Shown: piece by piece, positions 40,296 through 51,100 of the stretch
Layout: each line of letters starts with the position of its first letter
Position numbering within the stretch: the first letter of the stretch is position 1
Source: a virus
Strand: one strand, 5' to 3'
Virus record (IMG/VR): IMGVR_UViG_3300008267_000004
Location: 96,001 to 160,000 of that record
DNA: 64,000 nt
Program-made: the position numbers and the translations under genes
The notes under the pieces: generated by a model
Database searches by the model: none
What the model was told of the DNA's origin: nothing
The model's input: only the letters and a program-made list of their open reading frames with translations

Positions 40296-42077
40296 TTATT
40301 TTTTTACTTGCTGTTGAACAAGCGCAGTTTTAACATCAATATTTTTTGCAGCTTGTTGGGCTGCTGTTGCGTTAGCATCTTCAACCATACCATTTGCAAA
40401 ATATGCATTAATATTAGTAGTTAGCACATTTAAACTTTCAAAAATTTCATATACTTCTGTATTAATAGCATCTTTTAGCTTATTCAATAAGCCTTCTATT
40501 GACGTTCTACCGACAGTAAGGGTAGCAACTTTTTGCTCTTGTCCTGCTGCAGCAATAAGATCAAACACTTCTAGTTTAGTAAAACCAAACTGCATGATAT
40601 CTAAATATCCATAAGTATTCTTTAAAGCTTTCTTTTTTAATTCTTGATTTGCGTCTACAGAATTTAAATATGCTACAGATTCTTCTGTTGAAGCAAAAAG
40701 AATACCAGGCATTAGCTCTTCACTAGCTGGTGCTTTTGATTTTGTTGTCTTTTTTTCAGTTAGAAGATTGGATGCTGTAAATAAATTTCTCTTTCTAGCT
40801 TCTTCTAAAGCTTGAGGAGTAGCTTCGCCTTTTACTATAGCAAAATCTTTTGCTTTTTCATACAAGTCAATAAAGAAATTTGCATAAGAAGGCCATGCTC
40901 TTTTTTCACCAGTTATATCACTTTTAAACACTTTTCTAGCGGACGATGCCATGTCTGGATTATCTAATAGACCTTGTTCGGCAAAACCAGTAAATAAATT
41001 ATTTACAAATGTCTTTCCTGGGCTACTCTTTCCAAGGACACCTAGCTTATCTTCTTTGCCGCCTTCAAAAAATTTAGGTTCTGACATCTCGCTTTGTTTT
41101 AGGATTTTATACCACTGTTCAAAATTTTCATCTTTTGCATACTCTGATTTTCGAACTTGTGCATCGAACCAATCTTCTATTTCTTCTTGAGATTTATAAG
41201 TCTTCTTAAGGTGTGAATAGTCAGTTCCATTTTTTATAAATGACACTGGTAGTCTTATACACAATCTGGAGCTTTTACCTCCTAGAGACATAACATTTTC
41301 TATGTTTTTTAAATCTATATCAAATTGGTGTACATCTATAGTACCTGTCATTTTTAATGCTTCACCGCTTAGACTCTTCACAGCTACAACATATCTAATA
41401 AAAGGCTTAGATGGATTTTTTGGACTAATCATATCATTAACTAAATCCGAAAAACTTCCGCCTACGTGTACTTTTTTATCCGAATATAGTTTTAAGCTTA
41501 TTCCTATTCCATCGCTTGTTTTTAAGTCTGCAATCGTACCACTGTTTGTAGGAACCTGCTCACCGCCCAATAAAACACCTAAAAATGATTCAAAAGCGAA
41601 ACCGGCTGCAGCAGCATTAAAGTTTGTTATAATAGTGGTTAATGTTTTAATAAACACTAGATAAGACATAATTTGTTGAATTCTAGTAGTTCTGGAAGAT
41701 TTATCTAGGATTCCTTTTTCCATCAGGGCATCTAGATCAGCATTATAAAACTCACTTATATTTTTAAACTTTTCTGCAAGATCTGCGCCTTTGATATTGT
41801 TTAAGTACTGTTCTAGCTGTTTTCTCTGCTCAGAAGAAACTTTAATGGTTGAACCAGCCTCTGATTCAACAAGCGATGACCAACCAAGTTCAGAAACTGA
41901 GATTTCCGGGATCGAACTAAATTTAATTCCAAAATTTTTTGGAATAGGCGCAACTGCTTCTTCGTTTAATAGTTTATTAAACTCTTCTCTAACTAAATAT
42001 TCAAGAAGTCCTGTAGTAATGACATTTTCCTTTTTAGCAAAAAAGGATTCAACAATTTGATTCATATCTTTTTTCAT
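40296..42077 (-). CDS. PD-(D/E)xK nuclease-fold protein
   Basis: AGFAFESFLG...IADL...ISLKL. Confidence 0.55.
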   Translation of the reverse strand: MKKDMNQIVESFFAKKENVITTGLLEYLVREEFNKLLNEEAVAPIPKNFGIKFSSIPEISVSELGWSSLVESEAGSTIKVSSEQRKQLEQYLNNIKGADLAEKFKNISEFYNADLDALMEKGILDKSSRTTRIQQIMSYLVFIKTLTTIITNFNAAAAGFAFESFLGVLLGGEQVPTNSGTIADLKTSDGIGISLKLYSDKKVHVGGSFSDLVNDMISPKNPSKPFIRYVVAVKSLSGEALKMTGTIDVHQFDIDLKNIENVMSLGGKSSRLCIRLPVSFIKNGTDYSHLKKTYKSQEEIEDWFDAQVRKSEYAKDENFEQWYKILKQSEMSEPKFFEGGKEDKLGVLGKSSPGKTFVNNLFTGFAEQGLLDNPDMASSARKVFKSDITGEKRAWPSYANFFIDLYEKAKDFAIVKGEATPQALEEARKRNLFTASNLLTEKKTTKSKAPASEELMPGILFASTEESVAYLNSVDANQELKKKALKNTYGYLDIMQFGFTKLEVFDLIAAAGQEQKVATLTVGRTSIEGLLNKLKDAINTEVYEIFESLNVLTTNINAYFANGMVEDANATAAQQAAKNIDVKTALVQQQVKK

Positions 42078-42079
42078 TT

Positions 42080-42766
42080 TTAGATTACCTCATCAGCTAT
42101 TCCGTATTTCACCGCCTCTTCTGCTGATAAATAGATGTTAACATGCTTTTCAAGCAATTTTTTCATTGTAGTTTGTGTTAATTTAGTTTCTGCAATTAGG
42201 GCATTGATATAGCGATCCTGTGTCCATCTAATTTCATTCATCTCATTTTCCAGACTATGAATTGGTCCTTCACTCCCTCCCAAAACAGAATGTAGCATCA
42301 CTCTACAATTTTTACCGATTTTTCTCTTACCTTTGCTGCCTGCTGCTAATAAAAGAACACCAGCACTCATCACCTTTCCTACTCCGATTGTAGAAATATC
42401 AATATCCTTTTTGACTTGACGCATGATATCATAAATTGCAAACATATCACTAGCTGATCCACCGTGTGTGCTAATGTATAATTCAATTGGATCTGGTTTC
42501 TCTTTTTTAGATTTTTTATCCTGTTCTTCGATTTTTGCTTTATTTCTATTTTCATTCCAAATTGTTAAAAGAGCGTATACGATTTCACTACCCTTTTCTT
42601 CGTTTATATCACCAAATAATCCAATACTCTTGATACCTCCCTGAGCATCATCTAGTCCTGGTAACATTATTAAATTCTGTACAGTCTTTTCTGTTGAGAC
42701 ATCTTCTGATGTCTCTTCGGATTCTACTTCCTTCTTCTTGTTATTTCTGCGGCTTGTAAGACTCAT
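42080..42766 (-). CDS. clpP: ClpP-family protease subunit
   Basis: YISTHGG, GKVMSAG, RVMLH, YLSAEEAVKYGIADEV. Confidence 0.9.
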   Translation of the reverse strand: MSLTSRRNNKKKEVESEETSEDVSTEKTVQNLIMLPGLDDAQGGIKSIGLFGDINEEKGSEIVYALLTIWNENRNKAKIEEQDKKSKKEKPDPIELYISTHGGSASDMFAIYDIMRQVKKDIDISTIGVGKVMSAGVLLLAAGSKGKRKIGKNCRVMLHSVLGGSEGPIHSLENEMNEIRWTQDRYINALIAETKLTQTTMKKLLEKHVNIYLSAEEAVKYGIADEVI

Positions 42767-43071
42767 TATTTTCCTCTTTTCTTTTTATTCTTACAGGTTA
42801 ATTGTACCTTTTCTTCTTTATCCCGTTTAACTTTTATTTCAAAAAGTTTTATTGGACAAGTTTTGGCCCACTTTAACCATTCTTTTTGATCTTCAAACTC
42901 CTTGTTATATACGAGGAATTGATCACCGTTTTTCATATTCCATCCGGTAGCAGACTGTTTCCATTCCTTAAATAATTTCTTTAATTCACTCTTATCGGAC
43001 TGCTTAACTTCATTAACTTGCAAGCTATAAACATTGGCATAACTTTTCCAAGCACATGCATACATTTTCAT
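42766..43071 (-). CDS. hypothetical protein
   Basis: Coupled ORF. Confidence 0.65.
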   Translation of the reverse strand: MKMYACAWKSYANVYSLQVNEVKQSDKSELKKLFKEWKQSATGWNMKNGDQFLVYNKEFEDQKEWLKWAKTCPIKLFEIKVKRDKEEKVQLTCKNKKKRGK

Positions 43072-43340
43072 TCTTTACCTCTTTTTATGGAACCAACTTT
43101 GATTATCCCATTATCCCAATATAAATTAATTTGCCCAGTCATATGTCTTTCAACTTGACTGAGATATTGTAAGATTTCATTTGTATCTTTTGTATTACTA
43201 AAGATCCATTTTACAACAGACGCAGCAACAAATAATTTTTCTAGATAATAAACATTATCCTCAGAAGAGCAGTATTTGATTTTTAATCCTTTTATTATAT
43301 CTTCTGGAGGTTTTATTTTCATGTCGATATTTTCCGTCAT
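43068..43340 (-). CDS. hypothetical protein
   Basis: Coupled ORF. Confidence 0.65.
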   Translation of the reverse strand: MTENIDMKIKPPEDIIKGLKIKYCSSEDNVYYLEKLFVAASVVKWIFSNTKDTNEILQYLSQVERHMTGQINLYWDNGIIKVGSIKRGKE

Positions 43341-43720
43341 AATTTCTTATAATTCCTTTCTAGGAATTTTACTGCTTCATCCCAATTTTTATATGCTGGT
43401 TTATACGGTAGCATGTCAGTAATTCTTTTAACGTATTGTTCCCCCAACTCTTGATATTTCTGTTCAATTTTTATTTTTACAAGTTTAAATTCTTCTTGAT
43501 ACTTCAGATCTCTATATGCCGCATCTTCATAAGATAGTTCTAGAATTTTTATAGCTTGAGATCTCCATTGAATAAAAAGAGAGCTTAATAGTAAAAATCT
43601 CATTTCTAACTCTTGCATATATTTTACATATGTACCTATCATAAATAGATATGAAAATAGAGATCTAATAAAAAAACCTATAAAAAATCCTAAACACCAG
43701 ATAATAAATTGATTAGTCAT
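43337..43720 (-). CDS. hypothetical membrane-anchored protein
   Basis: N-terminal transmembrane helix; RBS AGGAG. Confidence 0.7.
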   Translation of the reverse strand: MTNQFIIWCLGFFIGFFIRSLFSYLFMIGTYVKYMQELEMRFLLLSSLFIQWRSQAIKILELSYEDAAYRDLKYQEEFKLVKIKIEQKYQELGEQYVKRITDMLPYKPAYKNWDEAVKFLERNYKKL

Positions 43721-43758
43721 TCCTAACTCCTGACATAATTATACCACACTTAATAAAG

Positions 43759-43790
43759 AAAAAACCCACCTAAAATAGGTGGGTTTTTTT
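43759..43790. terminator. bidirectional intrinsic terminator
   Basis: AAAAAACCCACCTA-AAA-TAGGTGGGTTTTTTT. Confidence 0.85.
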
Positions 43791-43814
43791 ATCAATCTTT
43801 ACTTAGAACCTTTT

Positions 43815-44087
43815 TTAATCTTCTAAAACATCTTTTAGAACATTCTGTACCATACCTTCTGGCAGATTTTCCATAAACGCTTCTAATGCTTCTCTTGGAA
43901 TTTGAGATTCCTCTAAAACTTCTAGAAAATCTATAATCGCATCTTTAGAAACGAACTCTGCATCAGCATCTTCTGCATATCCATAGGCATAGCTTTCTAC
44001 CAAAGTCTCTGTGTGATCTTTTTCTTTTTCAACACGTTGGACTTCTTCTGCAATAATTTGCTTTAATTCGCCTCTTGTAATTTGCAT
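43815..44087 (-). CDS. acidic protein with MQIT-leader
   Basis: MQITRGELKQIIAEE. Confidence 0.78.
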   Translation of the reverse strand: MQITRGELKQIIAEEVQRVEKEKDHTETLVESYAYGYAEDADAEFVSKDAIIDFLEVLEESQIPREALEAFMENLPEGMVQNVLKDVLED

Positions 44088-44096
44088 AGTGATTCC

Positions 44097-45056
44097 TTAT
44101 TTGTGTTTGTTGCTACCTTTTCCAGTCAAACCGCTGGTTTTCTTGTGAGTTGTTGTATGCCCACCAGAAGATTTTAGAGGTGTCATTTCATGACCACCTT
44201 CACCTTTTTTAGACCACTTCATATTCTTGTGTTTAGAATATAGTTTATCTTTATTCTTTCCCTTTGAAGCCAAACCAGAACCTGAAGATTTTCCATGTGT
44301 TACTTTGTGGCTTTTTTCTTCTTCTAGTTTCTTTTTCTTAGCTTCGGCTTCTTTTTTCTTTGCCTGCATTTTCTTCTTAACGTCTTTAGCTTTTTTATCT
44401 TCTGGTTTTTTCTTGGCTTCTGCTAATAATCTAGCAGTTACTCTGCGTAATACATTTTCTACTAACTCAGATTTATTCATGAATCGAGATTCTTTTAGTT
44501 CTTCTTCATCCATCTCTTCTTCTTCATTCATTTCATCTTCTTCTTGATACATATCTTCTTCATTCATTTCATCTTCTTCGTCGCCTTCGCCATCTTCCTC
44601 ATCGCCCATATCCATTTCGTCGTCGCCCATGTCTACATCGCCCATGTCGTCGTCATCCATGTCTACGTCAAACTCTCCACCTTCTTCGTCGTCTTCGACT
44701 GTTCCTTCAACGCCTAAAGCGTCTAGAACAGCTTGAACAACTCTTTTTGCGACCTCTGGAGATACGGCACCAGATTCTTCATCAGAAAAATCTGCTCCTT
44801 CATCATCTCCAAAATCCATATCCTCACCGTCTTCAGAATCTTCTTCATCTCCGCCTAAATCTAATTCTTCGGCTTCTTCTTGTGTATCCATATCTGGACG
44901 GCCATATTTTTTAGCCACTTCGCTTTCTTTCATTTCTTCTTCTTCGTTATATCCCGGTCCTGATTCACTTAAGAATCTGTCGGTTAGTGGCTCAAGATTT
45001 GCAAGTCTCATAAACTTGCGAATTGTTGATTCTTCTAGCAATTGTTTTTTACTCAT
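44097..45056 (-). CDS. highly acidic, then basic, low-complexity protein (scaffold/core-like)
   Basis: LLEESTIRKFMRLA leader, long D/E/M tract, K-rich tail; ACTATTTA at 45095-45102. Confidence 0.8.
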   Translation of the reverse strand: MSKKQLLEESTIRKFMRLANLEPLTDRFLSESGPGYNEEEEMKESEVAKKYGRPDMDTQEEAEELDLGGDEEDSEDGEDMDFGDDEGADFSDEESGAVSPEVAKRVVQAVLDALGVEGTVEDDEEGGEFDVDMDDDDMGDVDMGDDEMDMGDEEDGEGDEEDEMNEEDMYQEEDEMNEEEEMDEEELKESRFMNKSELVENVLRRVTARLLAEAKKKPEDKKAKDVKKKMQAKKKEAEAKKKKLEEEKSHKVTHGKSSGSGLASKGKNKDKLYSKHKNMKWSKKGEGGHEMTPLKSSGGHTTTHKKTSGLTGKGSNKHK

Positions 45057-45132
45057 ATAAGGTATCTCCTAAAAAGATTGATGTTCTTAACAAATAAATA
45101 GTGTGTAAATCCTAGAAAGGATTTTATTTATA

Positions 45133-45390
45133 CTATAAATAGTAAGAATCCTTCAAAGAGGCTTTTATTTTTTCTTTAGCTGTGTCTTCTATTTGTTTTA
45201 CCCTAACAAAAGATAAGCCTATACGCTCCGATACCTCTCTCAGTGTCAACTCACCATATTTATCCGCCGCAATAACAGCGCAATTTAGATCATCTTCATA
45301 ATTCATCCAATTTCTGCAATCTTTATTCGGGCATGATTCATCTAATTTAATGCAGGCTTCTGTACATGTTTTAAATTTATATTCACTCAT
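45133..45390 (-). CDS. sigma70 region-4-like HTH protein with Cys-rich N-terminus
   Basis: LTLREVSERIGLSFVRVKQIE; C..C...C....C. Confidence 0.8.
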   Translation of the reverse strand: MSEYKFKTCTEACIKLDESCPNKDCRNWMNYEDDLNCAVIAADKYGELTLREVSERIGLSFVRVKQIEDTAKEKIKASLKDSYYL

Positions 45391-45815
45391 AGGTCTGGAT
45401 TCTCCATCGCTATAATATCAAAAATATCTTTAATCTCCTCTTCATTTAATCCAAAATTTTCTTCATTTTGTCTTAATTGCTTAAGATCTTTTTTTATATT
45501 TTTTTTACTTCTAGCACTTTTTTCTTTTTCAATTTTTTTATATATGAAAGACATAAACTCTTCATCTTTATTTTCATAAGCTTCCATACACATTCTAAAA
45601 AATTTAGCTTGCGCTAAATCATCATATCTTAACTGTATTCTAAATCTAGCATGAAAATTTTCATCAGCAAAAAATACTACCTTTTTCTCTCCGGGTTTAT
45701 GCTTTCGAGAGAATGTGTGTCCAGCTTTCATGTTGTCCTGCCGTTGTTTGCTGGACGTATTTTGCGAGTCTTTTAAATTCATCAATGCTTCTTGCTCCAG
45801 TATATGAGAACCCAC
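45387..45815 (-). CDS. hypothetical protein
   Basis: Start uncertain (overlaps the IMPDH end); core HARFRIQLRYDD...AKFFR. Confidence 0.6.
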   Translation of the reverse strand: MGSHILEQEALMNLKDSQNTSSKQRQDNMKAGHTFSRKHKPGEKKVVFFADENFHARFRIQLRYDDLAQAKFFRMCMEAYENKDEEFMSFIYKKIEKEKSARSKKNIKKDLKQLRQNEENFGLNEEEIKDIFDIIAMENPDL

Positions 45816-46752
45816 TTTTAATTCCTCCTACGATATCCATAAATAGTGGCTCAAGTTCTCCTTTGTATGGAATAGTTGTAGAAATTCCTTCTGGTGCGGA
45901 TGATTTACCTCTCCAATCATTCTGAGCTTCACGACTAGCCATACCACGATAAACTTTACGCATACCGTTTGCGGTTGAAAGCAATTCTCCTGGCGCTTCT
46001 TTAGTTCCGGCTAGCATCGATCCAAGCATTACAAAATCAGCACCAACGGCTAAAGCTTTTACAATGTCTCCGCTATTTTTAATTCCCCCGTCAGCAATAA
46101 TCGCAGGAGCTTTTTGTCCACATGCATAAAAGTAACTTTTCTTACTCCTAGCGCAATCCTGCAAAGCTGTAACACTTGGAACCCCATGACCAGTGTTTAA
46201 CCTAGTGCTACAAATAGATCCGTTTCCAATACCAACTTTAACTGAATCAGCTCCCCAACCAGCCAAATCTTCATATGCATCTGATGTTGCAACATTACCA
46301 GCCATAACGTGTTTAATATTTGAATTTTGTTTCAATTTATCAATTGCATTTTTCATATGCATATGATGACCATGAGCAATATCAATACAAATAAAATCAG
46401 CACCAGCGGCGGTTAGCGCAAATGCTCTTTCATCAAAATCCCCAGTTGCACCTACTGCGGCACCAACAAATTTTGTTCCATTACGTTTTGCTTCTCTAAC
46501 CAGTGTAACTTGTTCTGGTATTGTGTTATACCTGTGTATAATAGCACAACCACCAAGTCTACTAATTGACTCTGCCATATCTAAACCAGATACAGTATCC
46601 ATCGGAGCAGAAAAAATGGGAACTTCCAACTCAATTTCATCAGAAAGTTTATTGGCTATTGATACTTCTGACCTTGATTGAATATCAGAATAATTCGGAA
46701 TTAATAAAATATCATCATATGTTAGTGCTAGATTGTTTTTGCTGCAACTCAT
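45697..46752 (-). CDS. guaB: IMP dehydrogenase / GMP reductase family protein (no CBS domain)
   Basis: [50 protein letters not shown]. Confidence 0.88.
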   Translation of the reverse strand: MSCSKNNLALTYDDILLIPNYSDIQSRSEVSIANKLSDEIELEVPIFSAPMDTVSGLDMAESISRLGGCAIIHRYNTIPEQVTLVREAKRNGTKFVGAAVGATGDFDERAFALTAAGADFICIDIAHGHHMHMKNAIDKLKQNSNIKHVMAGNVATSDAYEDLAGWGADSVKVGIGNGSICSTRLNTGHGVPSVTALQDCARSKKSYFYACGQKAPAIIADGGIKNSGDIVKALAVGADFVMLGSMLAGTKEAPGELLSTANGMRKVYRGMASREAQNDWRGKSSAPEGISTTIPYKGELEPLFMDIVGGIKSGFSYTGARSIDEFKRLAKYVQQTTAGQHESWTHILSKA

Positions 46753-47017
46753 GTTTCCTCTTTTCATAACACTCGGGACAATATAAGTCCACTCGTTTTT
46801 GTTCGTTATATACCTCTACGAACCATGTCATCACCATTTCTTTGTTAAGTTTATCATAACTTTTTTTACAAGTCAAGCACTCTGTGGGTATATTTAACAT
46901 TAAATTTATTTTTTCTACATTTTCTTTGCCCATTTGCTTTTCTAGACTTCTTTTTTGTTTTCTATTCATATGTTCCTCAAAAAAGCACATAAAAAACCCG
47001 TGGTGTTTTGGCACCAC
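46715..47017 (-). CDS. hypothetical Zn-finger protein
   Basis: MNRKQKR start; CLTC...LYCPEC. Confidence 0.7.
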   Translation of the reverse strand: MVPKHHGFFMCFFEEHMNRKQKRSLEKQMGKENVEKINLMLNIPTECLTCKKSYDKLNKEMVMTWFVEVYNEQKRVDLYCPECYEKRKHELQQKQSSTNI

Positions 47018-47022
47018 GGGTT
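46991..47022 (-). terminator. intrinsic terminator after dUTPase
   Basis: CCCGTGGTG/CACCACGGG hairpin plus T tract. Confidence 0.8.
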
Positions 47023-47026
47023 AATT

Positions 47027-47509
47027 TTATCGGGTTCCTGTGCTACCAAAACCTCCCGAGCCACGCTTATCACCACTTACATCAAATTCCTCGACTTCCA
47101 CCAATTGTGAGTTGTAAACTCGTTGAACTGTAAATTGAGCAATCTTATCATGATGCCCAATCCTAATTTCATCTTTTGTTCCATTATGGACAACAATACC
47201 CCAAGGGCCAGTATAATATGAATCAACTAGTCCAAGAATAACGAACTTGCCTTTACTGTTCATACCGCTACGACCACGGATATCACAAGCCCAGCCTTCA
47301 GGTGGCATAATAGCAATATTAGTTGGAACAATAGTCGTTGCTCCTGAGATGATTAACATGCCTCCTGGGCAATCGGCATATAAATCCCATGCTGCATCTT
47401 CGTGATGTGCTTTTTGCGGGCCTTTAGCTGTTTGTGTTAATTTCTTCCACTGTAGACGAACTGATTGATCCATTAGAACATCTACTCCATCAATTTTAAT
47501 GCTTCCCAT
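47027..47509 (-). CDS. dut: trimeric dUTPase
   Basis: AAWDL, GRSG, VDSYYTG, AQF, RGSGGFGSTG (motifs I-V). Confidence 0.95.
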   Translation of the reverse strand: MGSIKIDGVDVLMDQSVRLQWKKLTQTAKGPQKAHHEDAAWDLYADCPGGMLIISGATTIVPTNIAIMPPEGWACDIRGRSGMNSKGKFVILGLVDSYYTGPWGIVVHNGTKDEIRIGHHDKIAQFTVQRVYNSQLVEVEEFDVSGDKRGSGGFGSTGTR

Positions 47510-47510
47510 T

Positions 47511-47912
47511 TTAATCCTTTCGGCTCAATAGCCAAGATGAACTTTGAATTTTTGCACCTAAACCATCAATAATTGCAATACCTAATTCTCTACAAATTTT
47601 TGATTCGGGTATTTCATAGGTGTATCTATCTCCGCCTTTGGCAAAAATATCAGGTCTAACAAGCCATAGCGTTTTACACACCGTAGGATCTACATCTGCT
47701 GATAGAATTGCCATGTCAACACAACTTAAAGATCTAACAATTTGTAATCTCTCTTGCTCATCCATAAACTCTTTAGAGCCTTTAAGTTTTACTTGAAAGT
47801 CATTATTGACGATAACAATAAGCTTATCACCGAGAGTTTTAGCTCTCTCAAGATACTCTACATGTCCTTTATGTAGAGGATTGAAGTAACCACTTGCTGC
47901 TACGATTTTCAT
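47511..47912 (-). CDS. HxGH cytidylyltransferase-like protein
   Basis: SGYFNPLHKGH, VD, RPDIFAKGGD, SSS. Confidence 0.88.
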   Translation of the reverse strand: MKIVAASGYFNPLHKGHVEYLERAKTLGDKLIVIVNNDFQVKLKGSKEFMDEQERLQIVRSLSCVDMAILSADVDPTVCKTLWLVRPDIFAKGGDRYTYEIPESKICRELGIAIIDGLGAKIQSSSWLLSRKD

Positions 47913-48139
47913 GTTTCTATCCTTTTATAGAAAAAGTATACTACTTTCTCCCTATTTGAATTTAGTTTTAAAGATTCTTGTATTTGAGTTTTTATACCCT
48001 CATTGGAGCAGTACAGATTTTTTTCTGAGACTCCTTCAATATAAAAATCAAATTTTTCTTCTGGATATGGTTCTCCGACCACATATACATTAGATTCAAT
48101 CTGTAAAAATTCCCATATTTCTTCGTTTTCTAACGACAT
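47909..48139 (-). CDS. hypothetical protein
   Basis: RBS GGAGG; coupled. Confidence 0.6.
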   Translation of the reverse strand: MSLENEEIWEFLQIESNVYVVGEPYPEEKFDFYIEGVSEKNLYCSNEGIKTQIQESLKLNSNREKVVYFFYKRIET

Positions 48140-48154
48140 TCATTTTGCCTCCAA

Positions 48155-51100
48155 TTATCCTAATAGTTTAAAATTATGCTTAATGCTTCTAGTGCTAAAT
48201 CCCCAATCATCATGTTGAAGTTTTCCGAGGTATGGTCTATTTAACCAGACCTTATCTTTTTTAGGATCAACACCCCAGCATTTAATACTGGTCAGCTGAT
48301 TTGTATTATCCGTAACTTCAAGTATCCAATAGATTTTACCGTTTTTGGTTTTCTTTTCGGTATATTTACGTGGAATAAACCATACAACCTGGTTTAAGTC
48401 TTCATTTTCCTCAAACATGCTGATGGGTGGAATATACTTCTCCTCCAGTCGTTTTAAAGTGGGTGCATCCATAACAAGACTTATCGGATAAATACCGGAT
48501 AATGATACCAAGTTTTCAATTTTTTCTTCAACAGAAAAATCTCCTTCTGGTTTATATTTTTGGATATTTTCATCCAATTTTTTCTTAGTTTTTGGTCTGT
48601 CCACTACAACTGCTGACCAGAAATGTTTTAATCCACTAAAACGATTATCCACTAATGAATTCATTGCTTCGGTTCTAACTAGAGCATCAAGAGCTTTTTT
48701 ATTTACCTTACTATAGATAATTTCATCGTGAAATAATATTTCTTCAACTGTCTTAAATGGACGATATTTCATAATCTGATCAATGGCTACTTCACCGAGA
48801 CCTTTAACCGAAGTCAAGGGCTGGATAAGAGTTTTGCCATCATCGCCAACTTCCCATTTAACTCCAGACGAGTTAATATCTAATCGACGAATATTATATC
48901 CATAGCCTTTAGCTGTAGCAATAGCCTGCTCTTTTCTATCTTCCGGTTCTTTATCTAGGAATGCAGCGAGCCATTCCGCTGGGTGATAATGAAAAAGATA
49001 GGCACACTGGTAAGATAGAATGGAATAACAAACAGCGTGAGACAAATTGAACCCGTAACCAGAGAAAAATTCCATAGTTTTCCATAGATTTTCTGCATCG
49101 ACTTTTCTAATGTTTTTTTCCATGCAGCCGTCCACAAATTTTCCATATAGTTTCTCCTTTACTTGGGCTTCCTTACCAGTACCTTTTTTAGTTAATACCT
49201 TACGAAGTTCATTACCTTCATCAAGCGAAATATCTTTTCCAAGTTTATGAGCAAGCAGGCTCAATTGTTCTTGGAACACGATAAATCCATATGTCTCTTC
49301 TGTTACTTCTTTTACTACATCATGCATATAGAAAATATCGCTTGGATTATTTTTTGCTTCGATGTATTTTGTATGTACGTTTGCAGAAAGTGGACCGGGA
49401 CGATAGATAGAAGTAATGGCGGCAATATCTACAATGCTTTTTGGTTTTGCCTGCATACAAAACTTTTGAGCACCCATGTTAGTAAACTGAAATGTACCAC
49501 AGAAGTTTCCCTCTCCAAATACATAATCATAGACTTTTTGATCATTTAGATCAATCTTGTCTGGATGTAGATTATCACGATAATACTTCTTCACATCTTC
49601 AAACGTTGGATTTTTAATCCCATGTTTACGCTTTAAGATGTGCTCAATACAAGTTTCGATCATCCTTAGCGATGCTAGACCAAGAATATCAAATTTAATG
49701 AATCCAAGAGGTTCCAAATGACGTACAGTTTGGCCCTCAGTCCAAGGAGTTTGTGTTACTCCACCACTATTAATCAACGGCATTTTTTCGTTGATATTTT
49801 CTGCAAATAGTACACCACCAGCATGACGGGAAATACTGCGAATCTGACCCTGTAGGTTCTCTACATGCGTAGCTACATCTGGATATCTCTCCAAATATCC
49901 ACGGAGCGACGGAGAGTGCTCTTTCAGTTCTTCCCAAGTCGGAATATAAACACCAGCGGTAATTCCGTGAATACGTTTACATACAGGAATTGCCTCTGCT
50001 TGCATCTTGCTGGTTACTTCATTTACCTCTTGAAATGGAATATCGTAAAGCTTAGAGATATCCTTAATCAGTGAACGAATTTGTAGGGTGTTGTAGTTGG
50101 AGATTGGAACTACAGTATTTTCACCATACTTTGCAATCATCAATTCTTTGATTGCCATTGGATCACTTACGTCGAAGTCAATATCAGGATAATCCTTTGC
50201 GTTCTTACGAATAAAACGTGAGAACTGAAGTTTATACTTGATTGGATCGACTTCTGTAATATCAAGAAGGTACGATACTAGAGAGCCAGCACCAGATCCA
50301 CGACCACCACCACAAAGTTGTACATCTTTAGCGTCATTAGCAATATTTTTCATTGTTAGGAAGTAACGAGAAAAACCACGATCCTTGATCGTGTGAAGTT
50401 CTTCCTTTAGACGATCAACATATACATTATCTTTGTGTAGTCCAGCTGCTTTTAGCTTTTCAATTGCAATTTTAGCTAGAGCAGAGTCGGCACTTTCGCC
50501 TTCTGGAATTACGAATGATGGCAATTTTACTTCTGTATCTGGTACATAATTCTCGATACGATTTTTTACAATATCGCTAGTTCTCTCGATACTTTCAGCG
50601 ATAAGATCATCATCGTATTTAAATCCTAGTTTCTTAGAAGTCTCTTTATAAAATTGAAATAGTTGATCACCGTTTTTTGGATATAGTTGATAAGCCATTT
50701 CTTCTAGAGAAACAGGGAGGTTGCCCATAGATAGCTCTTCTTTGTTTTTTCCAAGCCATCCAAGCATTTTGTAAATTTCACGATCCTTCCAAAGGTCTGG
50801 TGAAGGATAGTGGGCATCACAAGTTGTTACAAGCTTAAACCCATATTGTTGGGAAAGCTTGATAATATATTGATTTAGGATATGCTGTTCTGGTGCCATA
50901 GCCCATTGAAGTTCGCCATAAAAACGATCTCCAAAGATGTTCATCATCTGTTGAACAGTTTTTTCCATAGCACTATAAACAGCGGTCTCACCAGCATCTC
51001 GGTTACGCCAATAATCATTAGCAAGAACCCCACCCAAACAGGCAGAGGAAGCGATGATTCCTTCGCCATGTTGACGAAGCATATCGTAGTCAATACGGGG

